Source: an uncultured Haloferula sp. (GTDB taxonomy: Bacteria; Verrucomicrobiota; Verrucomicrobiia; Verrucomicrobiales; Akkermansiaceae). Taken from it: 64,000 nucleotides of DNA. The notes under the pieces are model-generated. The model saw only the letters and a program-made list of their open reading frames with translations. It was not told the origin of the DNA and made no database searches. Below, one piece after another: positions 37,102 through 46,176 of the stretch; position 1 is the first letter of the stretch, and the number at the start of each line of letters is the position of its first letter. The stretch is from the NCBI GenBank assembly GCA_965652295.1, contig CBFGTS010000002.1:128001-192000 (forward strand). The letters are read 5' to 3'. Position numbers and translations under genes: made by a program.

Positions 37102-37773
37102 CTACATCGGCAGGTTTTCCCTTTCACCCAGATGCCGCGGACGCGTCTTCAGGACGCGCACGTCGAGCCACATCTTGACCCGCGCCCCCACCTCACGCAG
37201 CCGCGTTTTCAATCCGCCATGACCCTCCACATCCGGCGCGTTGAATCCGACGCAGTCCATCCCGTTCGCACGCCCCAGATAGATCGCCCGCTCGTTCTGG
37301 AACTGCTGGGAAATGAAAGTCACCTTTGCCGCTCCAAAGACCTCCTTGGCGCGTACTACGGAGTCCAAAGTACGAAGCCCGGCGTAGTCGCAGACGACCT
37401 TGTCCGCCGGCACGCCTGCTTTCACCAATGCCCGCATCATCCGCAGCGGCTCGTTGTAGTGCTTCGTCCGATTGTCTCCGGAGACAATCACGCAGGACAG
37501 TTTGCCCGCCTTCCAGAGGTCGGCGGCGGCATTGATGCGGTAGCGGAAATACAGATTCTCGCGGCCCTCGATCCGGTCATCGCAACCGAAAACCAACCCC
37601 ACCCGCCCCGCAGGCACCTCCGACGGATCGTCGTGAATGCGGCCCATGCTGGCGAAGACCGCCGCGAGGTTGGTCCATGCGATCCATATCAACACGAGCC
37701 CGACGCCCGCCAACGCGAAGAGCAACAGCCGCTTCCACCACGGCTGCTTTCCACCCGGCACGCCCGCTTTCAC
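37102..37773 (-). CDS. sanA: SanA/ElyC (DUF218) family protein
   Basis: N-terminal TM; VSGDN...YNEP, DYAGLRTLDSVVRA, ISQQFQNERA and LREVGAR. Confidence 0.88.
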   Translation of the reverse strand: MKAGVPGGKQPWWKRLLLFALAGVGLVLIWIAWTNLAAVFASMGRIHDDPSEVPAGRVGLVFGCDDRIEGRENLYFRYRINAAADLWKAGKLSCVIVSGDNRTKHYNEPLRMMRALVKAGVPADKVVCDYAGLRTLDSVVRAKEVFGAAKVTFISQQFQNERAIYLGRANGMDCVGFNAPDVEGHGGLKTRLREVGARVKMWLDVRVLKTRPRHLGERENLPM

Positions 37774-38732
37774 GGCTCAGGCACCCCCACGGTTTTGCGG
37801 ATCGAGCCGATGAAAAGCTTCATCGCCTCCTCGAAGCGGGTTCCGATCGGCCGCTTGGGTGCCAGCACCCGCAAGCGCTCCGGTTGGTCATCGCCGAAGA
37901 CGACCCGTTTGGTCCGTCCGACCAACTCGCCATCGACCTCAAGCGGCACCTCACGGTCGCACTCGACCACCAGGGATTCCGTCTGAAAATACACCACGGT
38001 CGATTCGTCAAATGCCACGCCGCGCGATGCGATCCCACGCAACGAATCGAGAACCAGCCGGTAACCCGCCTCTTTGAAGACGAGTACATCCAGCTTGCTG
38101 TCCTGATTGTCGGCGAGATGGAAAAGCCGGATCTGACCGCCATACAACGAGCCGTTTCCCGCCAGCACCGCGATGCCCTCGGTCACGCGGCCGTCTCCCG
38201 TCACGACCCGCATCACCGGCGGGTCCTCGCCGAGAACCTTCACCGCCGAGATCAGATAGGCCAGCGGCCCGAGCACCTTCTTGCTCTCCCAGGTCGTCTC
38301 CTCGATCACCGCGGCGTCGAATCCCACTCCCGCCATCTGCACAAAAGGCGTCCCGTTGGCTTCGAACAGGTCGACCTCCCGCACGTTGCCCTCCAGGATC
38401 ACCTCGAACGCACGGTCGAGATTGTCATAGGGAATGCCCAGCTCACGGGCGAACACGTTCATCGTCCCGGTCGGCAGCACGCCGAGCGCCGTGCGCGTCC
38501 CGGCCAGACCTTGAACTACGGCATTCAGCGTACCATCACCGCCTGCGGCGATCACCAGAGGCTCGCCCTCGGCCGCGAACTTCGAGGCAAGCGCATGCGC
38601 CTCCGCCGCCGAGCGGGTCGCGTAAAGCGCCAGTCCGGCCGCATTATCCATCAGAAACTCCAATGCCCGCCGTCCCCGTTGGCTGCGCGCCTTCGGATTG
38701 AAAAGCACCGGATATCGCGGCGGCAAAATCAC
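37770..38732 (-). CDS. Diacylglycerol/lipid kinase family (YegS/DAGK)
   Basis: FNPKA, AGGDGTLN, LPTGTMN, GVGFDA and EVDGE. Confidence 0.93.
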   Translation of the reverse strand: MILPPRYPVLFNPKARSQRGRRALEFLMDNAAGLALYATRSAAEAHALASKFAAEGEPLVIAAGGDGTLNAVVQGLAGTRTALGVLPTGTMNVFARELGIPYDNLDRAFEVILEGNVREVDLFEANGTPFVQMAGVGFDAAVIEETTWESKKVLGPLAYLISAVKVLGEDPPVMRVVTGDGRVTEGIAVLAGNGSLYGGQIRLFHLADNQDSKLDVLVFKEAGYRLVLDSLRGIASRGVAFDESTVVYFQTESLVVECDREVPLEVDGELVGRTKRVVFGDDQPERLRVLAPKRPIGTRFEEAMKLFIGSIRKTVGVPEP

Positions 38733-38744
38733 GTCCCCATGAAA

Positions 38745-39308
38745 TCACGCCCGCAACGCGCCGCAAGCCTTCAACCGCTGCATCAGCTCCGCCATCGGCA
38801 GCCCCATCACATTGTCGAAATCGCCCTCGATCCCTTCCACGATCATCTCCCCATGCTCCTGGATGCCGTAGGCCCCCGCCTTGTCCAATGGGTTCACCCG
38901 GGCGAAATAGGCGGAAATGGCGGCCTCATCGAGTTCCCGAAATCGCACCGTCGTCGCCACACAGAAGGTTTCCCGCACACCCATGGCCGAGCGCAGGCAG
39001 ACGCCGGTCCGCACCTCATGCTCCCGGCCGGACAGCCGCCGCAACATCCGCCGCGCCTCATCCATGTCCGCGGGCTTGCCCAGCACCTCCCCATCCACCT
39101 GCACCAGGGTGTCCGCCGCAATCACCCAACCATCGCCGGGATCCACCGCATCCGCCTTCAGCCCGGCATTCGCCTGGCACAGCCGGTCCCACGGCAAGGC
39201 ATCCGCCTCCAGCTCCTCGGCGGAGGAAGGTCTTACTTCAAAAACCAACCCCTCCCGTTCCATCAATTCCCGTCGTCGCGGCGAGCCCGAGGCCAAAATC
39301 AAATTCAC
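38745..39308 (-). CDS. maf: Maf nucleotide pyrophosphatase
   Basis: LILASGSPRR, AADT, GKP, DKAGAYGIQ and NVMGLP. Confidence 0.96.
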   Translation of the reverse strand: MNLILASGSPRRRELMEREGLVFEVRPSSAEELEADALPWDRLCQANAGLKADAVDPGDGWVIAADTLVQVDGEVLGKPADMDEARRMLRRLSGREHEVRTGVCLRSAMGVRETFCVATTVRFRELDEAAISAYFARVNPLDKAGAYGIQEHGEMIVEGIEGDFDNVMGLPMAELMQRLKACGALRA

Positions 39309-39401
39309 CCGGCCACCGAAACCCGTCCGATCCTCCCTGCCAAGTTTCGCGCATTAACGCAAAGTATTTGCGTTTCGCTCGTTTTCAAGTATCGCCCCTC
39401 T

Positions 39402-40268
39402 GTGACGCGCACGTTTCTGCTGTTCTCCCTGACCTGTCTGAGCGCCTTCGCCGAGCTGCGAGTGGCGGTGCTTCATCCCCTGCTCGGGGATCTCGCCCGC
39501 GAGGTGGGCGGTCCCGAGGTCGAGGTGATCGATCTTCTGGGCGCGGACCGTGACCCGCACCATTTCGCACCCACGCCCGCCCAACTCCGGGATGCAGGCA
39601 AGCTCGACCTCGTGCTCGCCTGTGGCCTCGGCCTGGAAGCCGACCTCGCCACGCTGCGCGAACTTCTGCCAGCCCCTTTGATCGAGATCGGCGCGGAGTT
39701 GCCGACCCTCGCCGGCGGCTGCGATCACCCGGAGCACCAACACGCGCCCGACGAGCGGGATCCCCACTGGTGGCATTCGGTCGATCGTTTCCGCCGCGCA
39801 GTCACGGTCGTGGAGAAGCACTTCACTGAATCCGATCCCGACCACGCCGCCGACTACGCCTCCCGCGCCCAAGGCTACCGCCAGCAGCTCGACGAGCTCG
39901 GCCGCTGGGTCCGCCGGGAAGTAGCCCGCATCCCCCGCTCGAAGCGGGTGCTCGCCACCTCCCACGCCGCCTTCGGCTACTTCTGCCACGACCACGGCTT
40001 CGAGGCCGTATCCGTCCAGGGACTCACCCGCGAGCAGATGCCGGACGCCGCCAGCCTCGCCCGCACCTTCGCCGAGCTCCGCGAGCAGCGGGTGACCGTC
40101 GTGTTCCCCGAAAAGGGAGCGAACCCGGCGACCCTGCGCGCCCTCGTCCACGACGGCGGTCTGCGGCTGGCCCAGCCCCTTGATGCCGATGGCACCTATT
40201 CCTCCAGCTATGTGGAAATGATGCGCTCGAATGTCGACACCATCCACGCCGGCCTCACCGGCTCCTGA
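39402..40268 (+). CDS. ZnuA/TroA-family metal ABC substrate-binding protein
   Basis: GTG 39402 with signal peptide; DPHHF, DPHWW, SHAAFGYF and YVEMMRSN. The long upstream part of track ORF 37677..40268 is an antisense shadow. Confidence 0.9.
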   Translation: MTRTFLLFSLTCLSAFAELRVAVLHPLLGDLAREVGGPEVEVIDLLGADRDPHHFAPTPAQLRDAGKLDLVLACGLGLEADLATLRELLPAPLIEIGAELPTLAGGCDHPEHQHAPDERDPHWWHSVDRFRRAVTVVEKHFTESDPDHAADYASRAQGYRQQLDELGRWVRREVARIPRSKRVLATSHAAFGYFCHDHGFEAVSVQGLTREQMPDAASLARTFAELREQRVTVVFPEKGANPATLRALVHDGGLRLAQPLDADGTYSSSYVEMMRSNVDTIHAGLTGS

Positions 40269-40289
40269 GCCTCGCCGGCTTTCCGGCAC

Positions 40290-40745
40290 CTACGCCGCCT
40301 CCGTCAACGAAACGTCCTTCACCCGGTTGACCCGCGGTTTTTCGCCCTCGATCAGCAGCACCTCGATCACGTCGTAACGCCATGGCAGGTCACGCCGACC
40401 GAGCAGCCGCAGCCACTCGTTCGCCCCGCGCCGGATCAGCTTCCGTTTCTCACGTCCCACGGCGTCGAGCGGTCGGCCGTAGTCGTCCCGGGTGCGGGTC
40501 TTGACCTCGACGAAAAGCAACTGCCGACCCTCCCTCGCGACCAGGTCCACCTCGCCTCCACCCGGTGCCCGGAAGTTCCGGTAGAGCAGCTTTCCTCCCC
40601 GGGCCCGCAGCCACGCGGCGGCGATGCGTTCGCCACGGCGACCGACCTCCGCCGGTTCGATCTTCGCCCCGTCACGCCCCCTCAAGCGGCAGCGGCAGTT
40701 GAGCCACGGGCTGAAACGAGCGACGATGAATGCGGCAAGGCCCAT
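40290..40745 (-). CDS. yraN: YraN family protein (start uncertain: ATG 40745 or TTG 40685)
   Basis: GRRGE..AA..L, RNFR..GEVDLVA, FVEVKTR and RYDVI. Confidence 0.88.
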   Translation of the reverse strand: MGLAAFIVARFSPWLNCRCRLRGRDGAKIEPAEVGRRGERIAAAWLRARGGKLLYRNFRAPGGGEVDLVAREGRQLLFVEVKTRTRDDYGRPLDAVGREKRKLIRRGANEWLRLLGRRDLPWRYDVIEVLLIEGEKPRVNRVKDVSLTEAA

Positions 40746-41295
40746 GCAGACGGAGAGCTTCGAGATGCTCCCTCGTACCATACCCTTTGTGTCGCTCAAA
40801 GCCGTATTGCGGAAACTCCTCGGCCATCTCGCGCATCCGGCGGTCCCGCAGCACCTTCGCCACAATGCTCGCCGCGGCGATCGAAAGCGAAAGCCCGTCC
40901 CCCTTCACCACACCATCGTGACCATAGGGAAATCGCGGCACCGGCAGGCCATCGATCAGACAGTGATCGACCGCCCGCTTCAATCCCTTGACCGCCATCG
41001 CCATGGCCCGATGGGTCGCGCGCAGGATGTTGATCCGATCGATTTCCTCCGGCTCCACGAAGGCCACCGCCCAAACGATCGCGGCGTCTCCGGTCAAACG
41101 CGAAAAAAGCTGCTCGCGGCATGCCGCGGACAGCTTTTTGGAATCGTCGAGAAAGTCGCAGGCGAACGAATCCGGCAGGATCACCGCCGCCGCCGCCACC
41201 GGGCCGGCCAAGGGACCTCTTCCGGCTTCATCGACACCCGCGATCACTCGGTGACCGCGGGCGCGACACGCAACTTCCAGACTGAAATCGGGCAT
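40672..41295 (-). CDS. rnhB: Ribonuclease HII
   Basis: GVDEAGRGPLAGPV, DDSKKL, IDG, KGD..SIAAASIVAKV, HKGYGT and HRRSF. Confidence 0.98.
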   Translation of the reverse strand: MPDFSLEVACRARGHRVIAGVDEAGRGPLAGPVAAAAVILPDSFACDFLDDSKKLSAACREQLFSRLTGDAAIVWAVAFVEPEEIDRINILRATHRAMAMAVKGLKRAVDHCLIDGLPVPRFPYGHDGVVKGDGLSLSIAAASIVAKVLRDRRMREMAEEFPQYGFERHKGYGTREHLEALRLHGPCRIHRRSFQPVAQLPLPLEGA

Positions 41296-41302
41296 GACGC
41301 CC

Positions 41303-41872
41303 TCAGAACTGCCTCATCCGATCAGTCAATGTCATCGAGGAAATGTCCTTGGTGGCGAAAATCTGCGTCGCGTAAACCATACCGTCGTCGGTCACGTGGA
41401 CGCCGATCCCGCTGCAATCCCAGTTCTGCTTGAGATTGTAGACGTGCTTATTGGACTTCGTCCATGCCGTGGTGAGCTGGCCGGCGATGTCGCCGGTCAC
41501 CTTGCCGCCGGCCACGTTTTCCGCGATCGAGAGCATCCCGTAGCCACGCTGGGCGGCGAGCACGCGGGTCTCGAACCCGTAGTGGCTGATGTTTTCCGAC
41601 CCGAGCGTGAACTTGCCACGGTTCTTGGCCATGAACTCGCAGTGCTGTTGGGCGAGGCGATCCAGTCCCGCATGAGCAGGCAACTGGGAGCGGCCGATCG
41701 AGCTGCGGTATTGGTTGATGGAGCTGTGCAGCTGTTTTTTGAGGCTGCCGGATTTCCCGCTTTGGGCGTGGTTGGACGACATCGCAACGCGGGTCGTGTC
41801 CAAGTCGTTGGCACAGGAGGCCAAGAGCATGAGCGCTACCGCGCCCATGGCTTTCAGGGTGTTGTGGGACAT
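41303..41872 (-). CDS. CAP/SCP-domain lipoprotein
   Basis: Lipobox LASC; INQYR, AQQHC.FM, ISH, AENVA, W.KS..H..NL, GIGV and YATQIF. Confidence 0.9.
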   Translation of the reverse strand: MSHNTLKAMGAVALMLLASCANDLDTTRVAMSSNHAQSGKSGSLKKQLHSSINQYRSSIGRSQLPAHAGLDRLAQQHCEFMAKNRGKFTLGSENISHYGFETRVLAAQRGYGMLSIAENVAGGKVTGDIAGQLTTAWTKSNKHVYNLKQNWDCSGIGVHVTDDGMVYATQIFATKDISSMTLTDRMRQF

Positions 41873-41880
41873 GCTTGTGT

Positions 41881-41896
41881 TGTGTGTGTGTGTGTG
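41881..41896. repeat. (TG)8 / (CA)8 dinucleotide repeat just upstream of the CAP lipoprotein start
   Basis: tgtgtgtgtgtgtgtg at 41881-41896, 8 nt upstream of the ATG on the minus strand. Confidence 0.85.
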
Positions 41897-42088
41897 AAAC
41901 TGGCAAGCCAGCCGAACGTGGGTTCTACAGATCCAATCGGCTTTGCGCTCACCCTATTTCGCCAAATGGACACACGAGAACGCGTAGTTCCTCGCAGCTC
42001 AGTGAGTTCCGCGCTCACCTCCGGATCGCGGGCTTGGACTGCACCCTTGCCGAAACCCTTCAAGATGGTTTCTGGCGGAATTCCGCGC

Positions 42089-42163
42089 TGGAGCCGCTGG
42101 TCGGATTTGAACCGACGACCTGCTCATTACGAATGAGCTGCTCTACCCCTGAGCTACAGCGGC
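42089..42163 (-). tRNA. tRNA-Thr(CGT)
   Basis: GCCGCTG/CAGCGGC acceptor; anticodon arm GCTCA-TTCGTAA-TGAGC; T-arm GTCGG-TTCAAAT-CCGAC; CCA encoded. Confidence 0.97.
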
Positions 42164-42218
42164 ACTTTCCCGGCGGGAGGCGCGGACTGAACCAGACCCC
42201 CGCACCGTCGGCAAGCAA

Positions 42219-42638
42219 TTACTCGCCGGTCACCGCGACCACGATCTGGCGCTCATGCCCTGCGCGACGGTGCTCGAAAAGGAAGATGCCCTGCCACGTC
42301 CCCAACGTCATCCGCCCGCCGACCACGGGGATCACCTCGCTGGTCCGCGTGAGCGCCATCCGGATGTGACTCGGCATGTCGTCGGCTCCCTCGTAGGTGT
42401 GGACGAAATACGGCGTGTCCTCCGGCACCAGATGGTCGAAGAACGCCTCCAGGTCGCGACGCGCGCTCGGATCGGCGTTTTCCATGATCACCAGACTCGC
42501 CGAGGTGTGCCGGACGAAGACCGTCACCGTGCCGGTGGAGATGCCGCTTTCCTGCACGATGGAGGCAACCTCCGAACTGATCTCATAGGTCCCCTTCCCC
42601 CGGGTGCGGACGGAAAAACTGGCTGCATGCGCGCTCAT
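42219..42638 (-). CDS. yjbQ: YjbQ (UPF0047) family protein
   Basis: HTSASL..ENADP, H.YEGADDMPSHI and LGTWQGIFLFEHR. Confidence 0.95.
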   Translation of the reverse strand: MSAHAASFSVRTRGKGTYEISSEVASIVQESGISTGTVTVFVRHTSASLVIMENADPSARRDLEAFFDHLVPEDTPYFVHTYEGADDMPSHIRMALTRTSEVIPVVGGRMTLGTWQGIFLFEHRRAGHERQIVVAVTGE

Positions 42639-42690
42639 GAGCCGGTTTGGTAGCGGCGGAACCCTCGAACGTCCACCCCGCCCTCGCCCT

Positions 42691-42736
42691 AAAAAGACGA
42701 GGCGCGCGGCTCCCCCCGGAACCGCGCGCCACTCGT
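42691..42736 (-). terminator. Intrinsic terminator
   Basis: GGCGCGCGGTTCC-GGGG-GGAGCCGCGCGCC followed by TCGTCTTTTT. Confidence 0.85.
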
Positions 42737-42825
42737 AGCATCCCCATCGGAATCGGTCTTTCGACCTGCTGAGAACCCGTCCCCCCGGAATGGTTCAGTC
42801 AGCTATCCCTCTCGGGCTTGCTTAT
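42691..42825 (-). ncRNA. Candidate small RNA (about 135 nt) with its own promoter and terminator
   Basis: Non-coding 282-bp gap; TTGGAA-18-GATAGT promoter (42861-42832); internal hairpins including GGTC-GAAA-GACC; GC-rich terminator plus TTTTT. Expression is not demonstrated. Confidence 0.5.
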
Positions 42826-42920
42826 ACTTCAACTATCGTGACCTTCCGGGCGATTTTCCAAAATTCGTGAATTTTTTTACAGGCCGATCCGCCTGCCACC
42901 ACCCGATCAGCGGTGAGAGC

Positions 42921-43520
42921 CTACTCCGGCCCGCGGATGGCCTCGGAAATTGAAGAAATCAGCCCGTTGTCGAGACGGTAGATCCAACTGTGGACGTCCA
43001 CCTGCTGCCCCCTATCCCAGGCATCCTGGACGATGGTCGTGCGCGAGACGTTTTCCGCATTCGCGACCACGTTCAGCTCGCACAACCGATCCACCTTCTG
43101 CGCGGGATCCAGCCCTTCCAACTCGTCTTCCCGCCGCCGCGCGACGTTCTGGATGTGCCGCAGCCAGTTATCGATGATCCCGTGCCGCTGGTTCTCCAGC
43201 GCTGCCTTCACTCCGCCGCAGCCGTAGTGACCGCAAACGATCACGTGTTTGACCTTCAGCACATCCACGGCGAACTGCAGCACCGAGAGGAAATTGAAGT
43301 CCGTCTGCACCACCACGTTGGCGACGTTGCGGTGCACGAACACCTCGCCGGGCGCGAGACCGGTGATCTGATTGGCCGGTACGCGGCTGTCGGAACAGCC
43401 GATCCACAGGTATTCCGGGGCCTGTTGTTTCGCCAGACGGGCGAAAAACTCAGGATCTTCGGCAACCTTCTCTGCCGCCCACGCCTTGTTTTTGTCCAGT
43501 AGCACCTTGAGGCTCTCCAT
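42921..43520 (-). CDS. can: Beta-class carbonic anhydrase
   Basis: WIGCSDSRVP, FVHRNVAN and CGHYGCGG zinc-ligand motifs. Confidence 0.97.
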   Translation of the reverse strand: MESLKVLLDKNKAWAAEKVAEDPEFFARLAKQQAPEYLWIGCSDSRVPANQITGLAPGEVFVHRNVANVVVQTDFNFLSVLQFAVDVLKVKHVIVCGHYGCGGVKAALENQRHGIIDNWLRHIQNVARRREDELEGLDPAQKVDRLCELNVVANAENVSRTTIVQDAWDRGQQVDVHSWIYRLDNGLISSISEAIRGPE

Positions 43521-43532
43521 GCCCCTAGCTGA

Positions 43533-43567
43533 AATCCGAAATCGTCAACCCGCAATCCCCAATCTTC
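43533..43567. repeat. Five degenerate tandem heptamers in the can-rarA divergent spacer
   Basis: AATCCGA AATCGTC AACCCGC AATCCCC AATCTTC. Confidence 0.6.
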
Positions 43568-43576
43568 ACTCGCGCC

Positions 43577-44926
43577 GTGGCCGATCTCTTCGTCAGCGAC
43601 CCATCTCCCGAATCCCGCCCCGAGCTTCCGGCCGAAGGTCCTCTCGCGGCACGCATGCGGCCGCGAACGCTCGATGAGATCGCGGGCCAGCAGCATATCC
43701 TCGCCGAAGGCAAGCTGCTCCGGCGGGCGATTGAGTCGGACCGCTTCACCTCGCTCATTTTCTACGGTCCGCCCGGAACGGGGAAAACCACCCTCGCCAA
43801 CGTCATCGCCCGTTCGACCGGATCGCGCTTCGAGTCGCTCAACGGCGTCGAGTCGAACGTGGGCGAAATCCGCGCCAAGATCGACCAAGCCCGCACCTGG
43901 CGCGACCTGCGTGGTCAGACGACGATTCTCTTCATCGACGAAATCCACCGTTTCAACAAAGCGCAGCAGGACGTGCTGCTCCCTCACATCGAGCGGGGAA
44001 CGGTGCGCTTCATCGGAGCCACGACCCACAACCCCTACTTCTACGTCAACTCGCCGCTCGTTTCGCGCTCGCAGATTTTCCAGCTCGAATCGGTCTCCAC
44101 CGAGGACCTGATTCCGGTGCTTGAGCGCGCGCTCTCCGACGCCGACCGCGGCCTCGGCGGACACGCGGTCGAGGCCGATCCCGCCGCGCTCCGGCACCTC
44201 GCGGAAATGTCCGATGGCGACGTCCGGAAAGCCCTGACCGCGCTTGAGCTGGCGGTGCTCACCACTCCCGAGGACAACAGCACCATTCGCCTCACCCTCG
44301 CCGTCGCGGAAGAAAGCATCCAGCGCAAGGCGATCGCCTACGATGCCGATGGCGACGCCCACTACGATACCGCCTCCGCTTTCATCAAGTCCATCCGCGG
44401 CTCCGACCCTGACGCCGCGCTCTACTGGCTGGCCAAGATGCTGCACGCCGGCGAGGACCCGCGATTCATCGCCCGCCGACTTGTCATTTCCGCCAGCGAG
44501 GACATCGGCCTCGCCGACTCGAACGCACTGCGCGTCGCCATGGACGCCCACCAGGCCTTCGAATTCATCGGCATGCCCGAGGGGCGCATCCCTCTCGCCC
44601 ACGCCACGGTGTATCTCGCCACCGCTCCCAAATCCAACAGCGCCTACGCCGCCCTCGGGGCCGCCATGCAGGACATCGAAAAAGGCCGCACCTTGGCCGT
44701 GCCCGAGCATCTGCGCACCACCACCCGTAAAAAGCTCGCCGCCGCTAGTGGCGCGAACGACGCCAAACTGCAATACCTCTACTCGCACGACTACGAGGGC
44801 GGATACGTTCCGCAGGCCTACCTGCCGGAGGGGCGGAAATACTACACTCCCACGGAAAACGGCCTCGAGAAGCGGATCAAAGAACGGCTCGATTTTTGGC
44901 GCAGCCAGCTTGAGCCGCCTCATTGA
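43577..44926 (+). CDS. rarA: Replication-associated recombination protein A
   Basis: PLAARMRP, GPPGTGKTT, IDEIHRFNKAQQD, SAFIKSIRGSDPDAA, ASEDIG and APKSN. Confidence 0.97.
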   Translation: MADLFVSDPSPESRPELPAEGPLAARMRPRTLDEIAGQQHILAEGKLLRRAIESDRFTSLIFYGPPGTGKTTLANVIARSTGSRFESLNGVESNVGEIRAKIDQARTWRDLRGQTTILFIDEIHRFNKAQQDVLLPHIERGTVRFIGATTHNPYFYVNSPLVSRSQIFQLESVSTEDLIPVLERALSDADRGLGGHAVEADPAALRHLAEMSDGDVRKALTALELAVLTTPEDNSTIRLTLAVAEESIQRKAIAYDADGDAHYDTASAFIKSIRGSDPDAALYWLAKMLHAGEDPRFIARRLVISASEDIGLADSNALRVAMDAHQAFEFIGMPEGRIPLAHATVYLATAPKSNSAYAALGAAMQDIEKGRTLAVPEHLRTTTRKKLAAASGANDAKLQYLYSHDYEGGYVPQAYLPEGRKYYTPTENGLEKRIKERLDFWRSQLEPPH

Positions 44927-44961
44927 CTCGCTGGCTGTTTCCCGCTAGTCCCCGAGACACG

Positions 44962-46125
44962 ATGTTGGGAAAATGGCCTGCCTCACTCTGGATTCACCTC
45001 TCGCTCCTCCTACTTGCCGTGACCGGCTGGTCTTGGGCGCTCGTGCAGCGGTTTGAGGCAAATGACTCCGACACCGCCGCGGTGCCTGCGAGTGCGCCGA
45101 AAGCCACCCAGCGCCATCGACGCCCGGAGGCAGCCTCCCTCTCGTCGGTCATGACCAATCCCCGCACGGCGGACCTCCTCGCCCGCTTTGACGAAATCCT
45201 CGCCGAGGCCCAGCCCGGCGAGCCTAACCAAGCGTTGATCGACGCCTGTGAAGCCGCGCTCATCGACCGCGATTTCGAGAGCCGCATCCGCGACCTCGCC
45301 TTCCTGATCGAAGCCCTGCGGCCTGAGGACGCCCCCGCCCTGCACGAGTTGTTCCTGAAGCTCCACCGGGAGGAGGGTCGTGGATTTCCCCTCGAGTATG
45401 AAGTCTTCGCGAGGTGCTGGGGCCAGATCGATCCCGAAGGAGCCCTGGACTACCTCGCCCAGGAAGAACCCCTCCGCATGCCCCCTCAGGACGTCCGCAA
45501 CATCCTCAACGGTTGGGCCGAGCGCGATCCCGGCGCGGCCTTGCAGTGGCTCACCGAGCACCCGGAACAGTCCGGTGCCCTACCCGGCGTCATCAGCGGA
45601 TGGTTCCGCTACGATCAGGACGCCGCCACCACCTATCTCACTTCGGAGCAATTGGGCTCCCGGCAAGTCCACGAATGCATCCGAGAGTGCGCCAATGCCA
45701 TCCTCTACGACCGGGGAGCCACCTCCTCGGTGGAGTGGCTCGCCTCGCTTCCCGAAGAAAGCCCCTATGGCGACGCTGCTTCATTGGCGTGGAATCTCAC
45801 GTCGTTCAACTACAATGAACTGACGAGCGACAAGGCCGCTGAGGTCTGGCAACAGGTCGGCAACAAACCCTGGATCACGCCCGAACAGTTCTACCGGTTC
45901 ACCCATTCGGTTGGCAACGCCCGGGCGAATCCCGAGGGGATGCAGGGCGTCGTCGAATCGCTGTCGCAGACCTGGCCGGTGGAGCAAGCCGTCCAGCAAT
46001 TCCAGCGGTGGAGCCACGAGGATCCCGACCTCATCCAGAGATGGCTGGCAGGCGCGCCGGAGACCGAGTGGGTGGCACAAATCCGCGAAGCAGTCCCAGT
46101 TCCCTCCCCCATGCCCACCGAGTAG
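44962..46125 (+). CDS. Hypothetical membrane-anchored helical-repeat protein
   Basis: N-terminal TM; repeated W...DP..A..W units typical of PVC repeat proteins; start ATG 44962 inferred. Confidence 0.7.
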   Translation: MLGKWPASLWIHLSLLLLAVTGWSWALVQRFEANDSDTAAVPASAPKATQRHRRPEAASLSSVMTNPRTADLLARFDEILAEAQPGEPNQALIDACEAALIDRDFESRIRDLAFLIEALRPEDAPALHELFLKLHREEGRGFPLEYEVFARCWGQIDPEGALDYLAQEEPLRMPPQDVRNILNGWAERDPGAALQWLTEHPEQSGALPGVISGWFRYDQDAATTYLTSEQLGSRQVHECIRECANAILYDRGATSSVEWLASLPEESPYGDAASLAWNLTSFNYNELTSDKAAEVWQQVGNKPWITPEQFYRFTHSVGNARANPEGMQGVVESLSQTWPVEQAVQQFQRWSHEDPDLIQRWLAGAPETEWVAQIREAVPVPSPMPTE

Positions 46126-46176
46126 AAGGGATAATTTTGGTTTGTATTTTACCCAAAACCGCCTGAATATGCCTTC

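Noticed and set aside
37677..39401. N-terminal 575 aa of the 863-aa track ORF
   Set aside because: Antisense to the lipid kinase and maf genes; the true signal peptide begins at GTG 39402.
42745..42775. SRP RNA similarity of CAGGTCGAAAGACC
   Set aside because: It lacks the AGCAG internal-loop partner of SRP domain IV; only a GNRA hairpin.
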